Sequence record: MK327941.1
Reading direction: 5' to 3' (one strand)
Source of the DNA: Escherichia phage vB_EcoM_G37-3
Length of the DNA: 64,000 bases
A model generated the notes under the pieces. It worked only from the letters and a program-made list of their open reading frames with translations. It ran no database searches and was not told the DNA's origin. Below, in pieces: positions 56,003 through 64,000 of the stretch (position 1 is its first letter; every line of letters starts with the position of its first letter). The position numbers were made by a program, and so were the translations under genes.

Positions 56003-57142
56003 ATGACACAAGAGATAGAATTACGCAACACTGGAATTAGGTTTGCGCATTTCGACGAAGACTCTGCGACATTTACCAGCATTTCAGAAAATAACTCTGT
56101 GATGTATAAGCTGGAAGTGCGCGGATCTAATGCGGATTCTACCAAACCAGCAAGAATTAGATTTAATGGAGTGGAGATCGTCGGGACTGGCTATGAGACT
56201 GGCCTAAACTTTAAAGTTTTTACTCCAACTGGACAATTGCACGAAGAAAAGGTATTCTATGGTCGTGGTGCTGTATTGGCAATGCGTGATTATCTTTATT
56301 TGCTAAAAGGCGACTATATCATTGCGATGGCAACGCATGGAGAATTGTTTGCAGATCCGATAAGTGATGATATATTTTCTAAGCTGGGATCTGTATCATT
56401 CCCGAATCACATTTTGTTACAGCAAATGCCTCGTGTATCCTATGCAGCAATTTATTCTACTAAAATGGGTAAAATTGTGTGCGAAGGGATGCAAGCAACG
56501 CACGGAGAAGGTCAAGATTCGTCTATACAAATTGAGAAAGTTTATGATACTATAGACGATCTTGCAATAACAGGAACACCACAACGATTTTTAGATTATC
56601 CGGTTGAGTATGTTAGCGAAGATGCCGAACATTTCGAGATAATACAATGGCCTCATGATGAGATCAGCGCACCACTTGAACATTTTAACATAAAGGCAGG
56701 TGACAAACTATCAATATCCTTTGAATTGTTCCGTGATAGTGCCGCAGCCGCAGCCAACGTAACAGCGCGTTTCTATCACAACTACTTCACTGATGGACAA
56801 TATCAAACTGGCGTTCGTTATAATGCCAGCCAGAAAGATCAATGGGAAAAGTTTGAAACCGTCTATACCGTACCGGAAGGAGTTGATAGTGTTGCCACTG
56901 GTTGTATCAGATATCCAACCAACTCAAATGAAGGTATTGTTAAAATTAGAAACATACTAATAACGCCGATCAGTGGAGTCGTCAAAACTACTGGTCCTAC
57001 TTCCTTTGGTGTTAACGGTATTAGAACAACTCACATTCAGGATAACGGTAATTTCGATAACCCTGTTATGAGTCTTCTTAAACTACCTAGAGACAATAAA
57101 CATATCACATCCAACAACTTTAAAGAGTTCGATGTTGATTAA
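56003..57142 (+). CDS. 35: Long tail fiber hinge connector gp35
   Basis: 379 aa; synteny and size. Confidence 0.7.
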   Translation: MTQEIELRNTGIRFAHFDEDSATFTSISENNSVMYKLEVRGSNADSTKPARIRFNGVEIVGTGYETGLNFKVFTPTGQLHEEKVFYGRGAVLAMRDYLYLLKGDYIIAMATHGELFADPISDDIFSKLGSVSFPNHILLQQMPRVSYAAIYSTKMGKIVCEGMQATHGEGQDSSIQIEKVYDTIDDLAITGTPQRFLDYPVEYVSEDAEHFEIIQWPHDEISAPLEHFNIKAGDKLSISFELFRDSAAAAANVTARFYHNYFTDGQYQTGVRYNASQKDQWEKFETVYTVPEGVDSVATGCIRYPTNSNEGIVKIRNILITPISGVVKTTGPTSFGVNGIRTTHIQDNGNFDNPVMSLLKLPRDNKHITSNNFKEFDVD

Positions 57143-57154
57143 CATTTTTAACAA

Positions 57155-57184
57155 GCCGATCCTCGTGGTCGGCTTTATTTTTAT
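57155..57184 (+). terminator. Rho-independent terminator after gene 35
   Basis: GCCGATCCTCGTGGTCGGC hairpin followed by T-run. Confidence 0.6.
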
Positions 57185-57203
57185 ACAGTTGGTTAAAACA
57201 TAA

Positions 57204-57292
57204 CCAAAACGAAGAAAGATCTTTAGAATAATAGAAAATTTGTTTCGGTTAAAAAATAGTCAGTGCCTACGGCACGTCGCGAAGCGATATTT
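57204..57292 (+). repeat. Third copy of the conserved intergenic element seen at 4325-4540
   Basis: CCAAAACGAAGAAAGATCTTTAGAATAATAGAAAATTTGTTTCGG and CGCGAAGCGATAT blocks shared with the 4.3-4.5 kb region. Confidence 0.6.
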
Positions 57293-57303
57293 TGTTAACA
57301 TTC

Positions 57304-57311
57304 TATAAATA
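57304..57311 (+). promoter_or_regulatory. Late promoter TATAAATA for gene 36
   Basis: Exact TATAAATA about 33 nt upstream of ATG 57345. Confidence 0.6.
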
Positions 57312-57344
57312 CTCGGAACTATAACTAATTTTTGAGGTTACTTT

Positions 57345-58835
57345 ATGGCAGATTTGAAACATGGATCTACTGTAGGCGGATCTCCCATTTGGACGCAAGG
57401 AAACTTGACGATCCAGCCAGCGGGGGATCAGCTTTTCTACAAAGGTCATAAAATCTATACCGCTTTTGATAAACCTTCGGCTGCCGATTTTGATGCTGTT
57501 AGTGCATCCGAAGGTGGCACATTTCAAAAGCAAGTTCATTTCGAGGAAGGTTTAAGCGTAGGTAGCGCATCGGCTGGAGAAACCAAAAAGAACGGGATCT
57601 TTAAAGGAAATAGTGATGCGGCTAACTTTGATGGTGTAAGTTGGGGTTTGCATTCGTGGAAATCTATTGGTTTTGTTAATGCTCGTGATGATGTTATCAT
57701 GGCTTATATTGACACTACCACAGGTGATTTTAAAACTAAAGGGACTATCGAAGGGACAACCATTAAAGACACAGGTCAACGCGTCTATAGCCCTGTTAAT
57801 AAACCAACGAATAATGATTTAGATTTGGTGTCTCGTCGCGGTGATACCCTCACAGGAACATATAATTTAAACACTGTCACTGTTAAACTATCGGTTGATT
57901 CGAAATTAATTGCAAGGGAACGTGATTTAATTAATTTTGATGCGACTAAGATCTATTATGGTAACGTTCTTGATACGTTGGTCTTCCGAAGTAAAGATGA
58001 GCCTACCATTTTTGTTAATGGCAGAGAAGGTCGTTTTTATCACACCAACAATAAACCAACTAAAGCCGATGTTGGGCTAGGCAATGTCACCAATGATGCA
58101 CAGGTTAAACGTGCTGGTGATATTATGGAAGGTAACTTGCAAGCACCTAGAATGTTGGCGACAAACGATCCTGCTGGTCCTAATGAATTGGTTCGTTTGA
58201 GCTACTTTGAGAGAAAATCAATGGTAGCAAATCCAACCATCATTGGAAACGTTGATTGGAACACTCTTATTAATCGCGGTATCTATCGTGTGGAAAATGC
58301 TGGGTCAGGTACTAATAAACCGTCTGATAGCTATTATAACGGCGTTTTGATGGTATATCGCCCAGAAGATGCGGTCGGTACTCGTCGAATTGTTCAGGTG
58401 TATTATCCTGAATCTATTGACCATCCGATGTGCTGGCGTTCTTGTTCTAATGAATCATGGACTGCATGGAACTATGTAGATCACCGTAAATTGGCTGATA
58501 TTCGCTATGTTAACGTCACTGGCGATACCATGACAGGACCGTTAACTGTTCCGGCTGCAAACGGTGTTAGAACGGCTAGAGGTGCATATAATGGTGATAA
58601 CTACTATGCCGGGTTAAATAGTGCTGACGGCACGGCTATGATTCACCGTATCAGCGATATTAAAGCCACTGAAAAATTGGGTATTACACATGATTCGAAA
58701 GCTGTTTTCGTTAAATCGCGTGGAAATACTCAAGCCACAGACCGCTATGAACTTTACCACGAAGGGCATAAACCTACCCCTGCCGAAGTTGGTGCGGTTC
58801 CACTTAATGCGGTGATTGATTTCGGTACTTTCTAA
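57345..58835 (+). CDS. 36: Long tail fiber distal connector gp36
   Basis: N-terminus MADLKHGSTVGGSPIW.QGN matches T4 gp36; 496 aa, longer than T4 (221 aa). Confidence 0.75.
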   Translation: MADLKHGSTVGGSPIWTQGNLTIQPAGDQLFYKGHKIYTAFDKPSAADFDAVSASEGGTFQKQVHFEEGLSVGSASAGETKKNGIFKGNSDAANFDGVSWGLHSWKSIGFVNARDDVIMAYIDTTTGDFKTKGTIEGTTIKDTGQRVYSPVNKPTNNDLDLVSRRGDTLTGTYNLNTVTVKLSVDSKLIARERDLINFDATKIYYGNVLDTLVFRSKDEPTIFVNGREGRFYHTNNKPTKADVGLGNVTNDAQVKRAGDIMEGNLQAPRMLATNDPAGPNELVRLSYFERKSMVANPTIIGNVDWNTLINRGIYRVENAGSGTNKPSDSYYNGVLMVYRPEDAVGTRRIVQVYYPESIDHPMCWRSCSNESWTAWNYVDHRKLADIRYVNVTGDTMTGPLTVPAANGVRTARGAYNGDNYYAGLNSADGTAMIHRISDIKATEKLGITHDSKAVFVKSRGNTQATDRYELYHEGHKPTPAEVGAVPLNAVIDFGTF

Positions 58836-58839
58836 TTTT

Positions 58840-58866
58840 AGCGGGGATTCTCTCCCCGCTTTTCTA
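58840..58866 (+). terminator. Rho-independent terminator after gene 36
   Basis: AGCGGGGATTCTCTCCCCGCT followed by TTTCT. Confidence 0.5.
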
Positions 58867-58905
58867 AATAATATTATTCTAATAACCGTTTAAGGATTTT
58901 ATAAA

Positions 58906-61770
58906 ATGGCAGATTTAAACAGAATCCAATTTAAACGCACTAGCACTAAAGGTCGTAAACCTGATGCTAGTACGATGTATCCGGGGGAATTGGCAATCAA
59001 CCTTGCGGATCAATACATGTTTACTAAAAATGATTCGGGGACTCTCATCAATTTAAGTTGTCCTCCGGTGTATAACCGTGACGTTATAATGGCGGGTAAG
59101 GTTAAAGGGAATGATTATATTTTAAGCAAAACCGCTAATTATTTTGAAGACCAAACCGCGCGAGATCTTAATTATTTTGGTGCGTTTCGACCGAATAATG
59201 CTGATGGTTGGTCTAACTTGATTCTGAACATTCCTCATCCCAGCGGTAAAGCACACGGTCGCGGTTTTGAGTTCCAATATGGGTCCAGCTCACCTCAAGT
59301 TAAAACCTATGGCTTTGATAAAGATGGTAATAAGCGATTCAGCTTTCGCATGTATCACGAAGGTGATAAGCCTAGTCCGTCAGAATTAAATGTGTACAGC
59401 AAACAAGAAGTAGATCGGATGTTCCAAAAGACACTTGATTTTGGAACTGAGTCTGGTTGGTTTAAAATTGCTACTGTATATCTTCCGCAACACTTCGGTC
59501 GTAGTGCTAAAATTAGATTGGTTGGTGGTAATGGCTATAATGTAGGAAAGACAGATCGATGTAATATTATTGAATTAGTGTTGCGGAATGGCAACAATGC
59601 CCCTAAAGGAATTAATATTGTTGCTTATCATCACATTTCTGGGGGTGAAAACCAATTTTGTGCTATTAATACAAGCGACGATAATTATGATATATATGCT
59701 TATTATTTCGGACATACATCATTTGTTCTTGCTGAATATCAAGCGTCTACCGGTGTTAATTTAACTGTACTTGATCGACCTGAATATGTCGGCGAAAAAC
59801 CTGTAGCTGATCATATCTATGATGCATATACAATATACTCCTTTAACAGTTTCAGTAACCGTGGAACGTTAAATTTTGCTGGAAACCCTCAAGGCCAATA
59901 TGACATTGAGCATATGAACGAACAACCGACAAATGCTAAAAAGATGTTGCGTCGGTTTAGAAGCTCTGCTCTTTCCACTATCTGGCATGAAACCGTTGAT
60001 GACCAGAATTATCGTCTTGCCACTGGCTTTACAGATTCAGGTCAACAATTATTGCTGACAACAACCGGGTTACATGTCAAGAGATTAACATTGGATGGCG
60101 GTGCTGCGGGTGGAAATGCTGGTATTGATATTCGTCGAGGACCAAACGAAGCAAGCCATTTTAATTTTATGGATTATCGCACTGGTCAAGATGTTCGTAA
60201 TGGCTGGTTTGGTTTTGGTGATTTGACGACCAAAGATTTTATTTGGTGGAACGATAACGGTCAAAACTCGATAAACTTGGTCGAAAACGGTGAATTACAG
60301 ATTTCTGGCGGTAAAGGCCAGAAAATTGTAATGAATAGCGAAGTTGCATTATCTGAAAATGCTCGTTTGGCTGTTAGAGGTGGTAATTATGGCGTGATAT
60401 TCCGTAATGATGGAACGAGCTTTCATCTGCTTACTACCGATTTAAAAGATTCTTTTGGTAGTTGGAATAATCGCAGACCGTTCAGTTATGATTTCGCCGA
60501 AGGTGGATTAGATCTAGGTGGCACAACGACCGCTCGTTGTTTACATCTGGGAATTGATGGTAGTACCCGCATCGAGGATAACTTAGTTTTCCGGGCTGGA
60601 TCTCGTCAATCAATGGACTATATTGAAATGATCCATTGGGGTAACAGTAATATCGCTCGTGACAACGTTTTGAGTATGAAAGACTCGAAAGGATTCCTTG
60701 CTGAATTTGAACGCGTGGGTGGGACTAACGGCGTTAAAACCAGATTATTTGGCGAAACCTTCACTGACGGTACATTATACCTAAATCAGATGAATAATAG
60801 CTCTGAACGATTCTCTATCAACAATTGGGGAAATTCAGAAGTTGGACGCGCGGCAGTAATGGAGATCGGTGATTCCAAAGGTTATCACTTCTATACTGAA
60901 CGTAGAACAGATAACACCGTTTTATTTGATGTAGCTGGTGCTTTGACCGTGCATGGACCTAACGGAATAACCATCAAAAACTCAACTGGTGCACGCCATA
61001 TCTGGTTTAGAGATGACAGCGAATCGGAAAAGGCTGTTATCTGGGCTACAGATGAGGGTATTTTACATATTCGCAATAACCACGGTGGACAATTTAGTCA
61101 TCACTTCCAGGGTGCAATGATTAAAGCGGGAGAGCGTGTTCCATATAATAGTGAATACGCTCTTATCCGTGGTGATATTTCCGGTGGTGCATGGGTAGAC
61201 TGGCGAGCGCGTCCGGCTGGATTGTTGGTAGACTGTCAGGACTCACGAAATCAAGCATATAACATTTGGAAAGCTACTCATTGGGGCGAACAGCACCTTG
61301 CGGCGATGGGTGTTCATGCTGGCGGTGGTAATCCTCATGTTGTATTGCATGTGGGTGGGAATGATTATGCATTTGCATCTAACGGTGATTTTACTGCTGG
61401 TGCTGCTGTATATTGTAACGACGTTTATATTCGTTCTGACCGTCGTCTGAAAATTAATGTTGAAGACTACGAAGAGAATGCGGTAGATAAGGTAAATAAA
61501 CTCAAAGTTAAAACCTATGATAAAGTTAAATCTCTTTCTGACCGCGAAGTTATCGGCCATGAGATTGGTATTATCGCACAGGATTTGCAAGAAGTATTAC
61601 CGGAAGCTGTTAGCACTTCTAGTGTCGGATCTCAGGATAACCCAGAAGAAATTTTAACAATTTCAAACTCCGCAGTGAACGCGCTGTTAATTAAAGCGAT
61701 CCAAGAAATGAGCGAAGAAAATAAAATCCTTCGTGAACGTCTTGCTGCAATTGAGGCTAAATTAGGGTAA
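58906..61770 (+). CDS. 37: Long tail fiber distal subunit gp37 with C-terminal intramolecular chaperone-like domain
   Basis: N-terminus RIQFKRTSTKGRKPDAS..GELAINL matches T4 gp37; C-terminus IRSDRRLKINVED...GIIAQDLQEV resembles the S74 autoproteolytic chaperone domain. Confidence 0.8.
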   Translation: MADLNRIQFKRTSTKGRKPDASTMYPGELAINLADQYMFTKNDSGTLINLSCPPVYNRDVIMAGKVKGNDYILSKTANYFEDQTARDLNYFGAFRPNNADGWSNLILNIPHPSGKAHGRGFEFQYGSSSPQVKTYGFDKDGNKRFSFRMYHEGDKPSPSELNVYSKQEVDRMFQKTLDFGTESGWFKIATVYLPQHFGRSAKIRLVGGNGYNVGKTDRCNIIELVLRNGNNAPKGINIVAYHHISGGENQFCAINTSDDNYDIYAYYFGHTSFVLAEYQASTGVNLTVLDRPEYVGEKPVADHIYDAYTIYSFNSFSNRGTLNFAGNPQGQYDIEHMNEQPTNAKKMLRRFRSSALSTIWHETVDDQNYRLATGFTDSGQQLLLTTTGLHVKRLTLDGGAAGGNAGIDIRRGPNEASHFNFMDYRTGQDVRNGWFGFGDLTTKDFIWWNDNGQNSINLVENGELQISGGKGQKIVMNSEVALSENARLAVRGGNYGVIFRNDGTSFHLLTTDLKDSFGSWNNRRPFSYDFAEGGLDLGGTTTARCLHLGIDGSTRIEDNLVFRAGSRQSMDYIEMIHWGNSNIARDNVLSMKDSKGFLAEFERVGGTNGVKTRLFGETFTDGTLYLNQMNNSSERFSINNWGNSEVGRAAVMEIGDSKGYHFYTERRTDNTVLFDVAGALTVHGPNGITIKNSTGARHIWFRDDSESEKAVIWATDEGILHIRNNHGGQFSHHFQGAMIKAGERVPYNSEYALIRGDISGGAWVDWRARPAGLLVDCQDSRNQAYNIWKATHWGEQHLAAMGVHAGGGNPHVVLHVGGNDYAFASNGDFTAGAAVYCNDVYIRSDRRLKINVEDYEENAVDKVNKLKVKTYDKVKSLSDREVIGHEIGIIAQDLQEVLPEAVSTSSVGSQDNPEEILTISNSAVNALLIKAIQEMSEENKILRERLAAIEAKLG

Positions 61771-61809
61771 TTGGAAAGCGGGGAGAAAATCCCCGCTAAG
61801 GATTCTTAT

Positions 61810-62106
61810 ATGGGATATTGGGTCAGTAGTGAAATTAATACTAAAATCGATGCTTTAAAATGGCATGTATTTGATATTCCTAACGGCTATGGTACTGCTC
61901 GCGCTGGCGTTGCTGTCATGCGTCATAATGCTGGTGGTGGATGGTCTGATGCACATATTAACGTAGATGGTTTGACCGTTGCTCGTCGTCGTGGTGGGTC
62001 CAATTGGGGATCTACTATAAATTCGTTTGTTCCTGCTGGCTGTACCGTCTCCTTTGGTTTAGGGGGTGAAGGTGGTGTTGAATATTTTAAATTCATGGAG
62101 TTTTAA
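61810..62106 (+). CDS. Glycine-rich small protein, tandem paralog A (FDIPNG family)
   Basis: ATG 61810 with AAGGA RBS; FDIPNGYG, NAGGGW, TVSFGLGGEGG. Confidence 0.55.
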   Translation: MGYWVSSEINTKIDALKWHVFDIPNGYGTARAGVAVMRHNAGGGWSDAHINVDGLTVARRRGGSNWGSTINSFVPAGCTVSFGLGGEGGVEYFKFMEF

Positions 62107-62108
62107 TT

Positions 62109-62414
62109 ATGGCTGGATGGATAAATCAAAGAATGTCAAACGCTATTAGTATTTGGGCTAATGGTGGATATTTTGATATCCCTAACGGTTGGGTCACTGA
62201 TTCATGCGGAATTGTTTTTGCTCATATGGAAGCCATTAACGGTGCTGGTGATCTTGGTTCTGAATTGGCTGTAAATGGATTGATTGAATCAGGTCATCAC
62301 GCTGGTAATGCCGGAAGTTGGGGCGCTAGTTCTTTAGTTGGCGCTGGTGCTACCGTTAGCTTTACATTGGGTAAAGGTAGTTTGCATTATTTCAAATTCA
62401 GGAGAATGCACTAA
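62109..62414 (+). CDS. Glycine-rich small protein, tandem paralog B
   Basis: GGAG RBS; FDIPNGW, ESGHHAGNAGSWG, TVSFTLG. Confidence 0.55.
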   Translation: MAGWINQRMSNAISIWANGGYFDIPNGWVTDSCGIVFAHMEAINGAGDLGSELAVNGLIESGHHAGNAGSWGASSLVGAGATVSFTLGKGSLHYFKFRRMH

Positions 62415-62716
62415 TGGCATTTTGGGTAGATGGCGCTTTGGGGAATAGGGCGGGTAAAGCAAATCAAGGATGGTTTGATATTCCTAACGGTTGGACAGCC
62501 GACGCTTTCGGGACTATTTCATTTTCCGCTCATTCTTCCGGTGGTGGCGGCGGTGACTCTGAATTGTTTATTCATGGTTTTTGTGTTTCTGGAAGCCATA
62601 AGGGTCATGATTGGGGACAGATCCATTCTTGTATTGCACCGCAAGGGGCGGTAATTACCGTTAGCACAAATAGGGGGGTCGCTCATCTTCGTTATAGACG
62701 TTTGAGCAACCGCTAA
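62414..62716 (+). CDS. Glycine-rich small protein, tandem paralog C
   Basis: AGGAGA RBS; FDIPNGW, SSGGGGGD, SGSHKGHDWG. Confidence 0.55.
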   Translation: MAFWVDGALGNRAGKANQGWFDIPNGWTADAFGTISFSAHSSGGGGGDSELFIHGFCVSGSHKGHDWGQIHSCIAPQGAVITVSTNRGVAHLRYRRLSNR

Positions 62717-62771
62717 ATAAATAGAATTACGGAAAACTCCCAGGGAAGGGAACTACTAAGGAGAAACGGCT

Positions 62772-63011
62772 ATGGTCTATAATATCGTCATTGGTGCTTT
62801 GTCTAATTTCGGAATGAAACTATTGTCAAAGTTAATTAGTGAAAAGATGCTCACTAAAATTTTCTTCTATTGCGCTCGTCGTCTTGCGGCTTATACCAAT
62901 ACGCCAATTGATGATCGTTTTGTGGAAGAGCTTTATAAGGAGTTTAATAAAGATCAGTCAGAAGATAGCAACGAGCAAAATAAAAATAGTGATAGTCAAG
63001 TACCTAAATAA
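62772..63011 (+). CDS. Small hypothetical protein with hydrophobic N-terminus
   Basis: AAGGAGA RBS; 79 aa. Confidence 0.5.
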   Translation: MVYNIVIGALSNFGMKLLSKLISEKMLTKIFFYCARRLAAYTNTPIDDRFVEELYKEFNKDQSEDSNEQNKNSDSQVPK

Positions 63012-63044
63012 GAATACACTGTCATAGTTATCTTAGGGCATTAT

Positions 63045-63701
63045 ATGCAAGTTTCTGAAAAAGGGAAAGACTTTGCTATCTCAAATGTCCTGCGCGCTAT
63101 TTTCACAACTAAAAGCACGGAGTTGCTCGTACTTCGTGTTTTTGCTGCCGTCGTGTTGTCTATATTAGCATTTGTCGTTTATAGTAAAAACGAGTTATTT
63201 GCCTTGTATAAAGAGACTCGTTATGAGACTTATGCTCACGTTCTCCAGGTAGAGAAAGACCGCAATTTTGATAATGCAGCACAGGAGCAGTTACAGATAG
63301 TTCATGTGTCGGCTAATGCCGATTTTTCTGCTGTTTTTAGTTTTCGTCCGAAAAACCTAAACTATTTTGTTGATTTGGTGGCATATGAAGGAAAGTTACC
63401 TCATACAATCGACGAAAAGAATTTAGGCGGATTCCCTATCAATAAAACGAGTGAAGAATATCGTAGGCATCTTTTAGGTAAATCCTATTTTACCGATAAA
63501 GATTTCCAGTATATTCCATCAAGAGAAAAGAAATTAGAGAGTATCGATATAGGGTTTATGTATTCTTGCCCTATATTCAATCTCGATAATGTCTATTCTG
63601 GTAGTATCGCCATTGCATGGAAGAATAAACCGGATATTGACATTGAGAATTTAGATACTCTTTGCAATCAATCTGCCAGAATCCTCGGAAGGATTAGATA
63701 A
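63045..63701 (+). CDS. t: Holin
   Basis: 218 aa; strong match to T4 holin T (LEQLQIVH.S..ADFSAV.SFRPKNLNYFVD..AYEGKLP, YSCP.FNLDN.Y.G, ARILGR). Confidence 0.9.
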   Translation: MQVSEKGKDFAISNVLRAIFTTKSTELLVLRVFAAVVLSILAFVVYSKNELFALYKETRYETYAHVLQVEKDRNFDNAAQEQLQIVHVSANADFSAVFSFRPKNLNYFVDLVAYEGKLPHTIDEKNLGGFPINKTSEEYRRHLLGKSYFTDKDFQYIPSREKKLESIDIGFMYSCPIFNLDNVYSGSIAIAWKNKPDIDIENLDTLCNQSARILGRIR

Positions 63702-63706
63702 CTTAA

Positions 63707-63739
63707 AGGGGAAGCCTTTCGGCCTCCCCTTCTTTTTTA
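63707..63739 (+). terminator. Rho-independent terminator after holin gene
   Basis: AGGGGAAGCC-tttc-GGCCTCCCCT followed by T-run. Confidence 0.65.
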
Positions 63740-63985
63740 TTGGCGCATAGAAGCCCCTGAATCACATTTTGACGCTGTATGATGAAAACATGTAGCGTAC
63801 CAGTCATCGGCTTGTTTGTCTTCGTCAGAAAACGCATAATTTCGTTGTATGCCGTTTTCTACTTTGACCAGTGCAATAGCTGTTTCTGGAAGATCAATCA
63901 ATCGGACAAAATCACCATCTTCCCACTCTACACGAGCAATATCATAGCCCATCTCAAAGTATACAATCGCTTGTTCTAATTTCAT
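63737..63985 (-). CDS. Hypothetical protein
   Basis: 82 aa, convergent with holin gene. Confidence 0.45.
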   Translation of the reverse strand: MKLEQAIVYFEMGYDIARVEWEDGDFVRLIDLPETAIALVKVENGIQRNYAFSDEDKQADDWYATCFHHTASKCDSGASMRQ

Positions 63986-64000
63986 TCTGGAAACTTCCCG

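Overview
This window is a T4-like (Tevenvirinae) myovirus genome segment. Gene order follows T4 synteny: 23-24-hoc-inh-uvsW-uvsY-25-26 / 51-27-28-29-48-54 / alt-30-31-cd-pseT-rnlA-denA-nrdB-nrdA-td-frd-32-59-33-dsbA-rnh / 34-35-36-37-t. All protein identifications are from reading the six-frame translations against remembered T4 proteins and family motifs; no database search was run. Core structural and replication genes are intact. Three accessory genes are disrupted in this sequence: hoc and uvsW each by several frameshifts (uvsW also carries a 186-bp tandem duplication), and one HNH endonuclease by a single frameshift. A hyperplastic early region (about 21.5-29.6 kb, minus strand) carries many small ORFs, each preceded by a near-consensus sigma70-type promoter with an inverted repeat in or around the spacer, resembling the promoter-early stem-loop (PeSL) cassettes described for RB49-like phages. 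It contains a tandem family of seven small paralogs sharing an H-x-H-W ... LAVDV motif, other paralog pairs, and an operon encoding a C5-methyltransferase-like protein, a zinc-finger protein and a DUF262/ParB-like nuclease-domain protein. Other candidates of interest are a NADAR-domain protein beside DNA ligase, a CYTH-like protein between dsbA and rnh, a second Mod-like ADP-ribosyltransferase downstream of alt, a thymidylate synthase with a ~125-aa internal insertion, a zinc-ribbon-repeat/T5orf172 protein, three tandem glycine-rich paralogs downstream of gp37, and a conserved intergenic element present three times. No tRNA, rRNA or CRISPR array was found.
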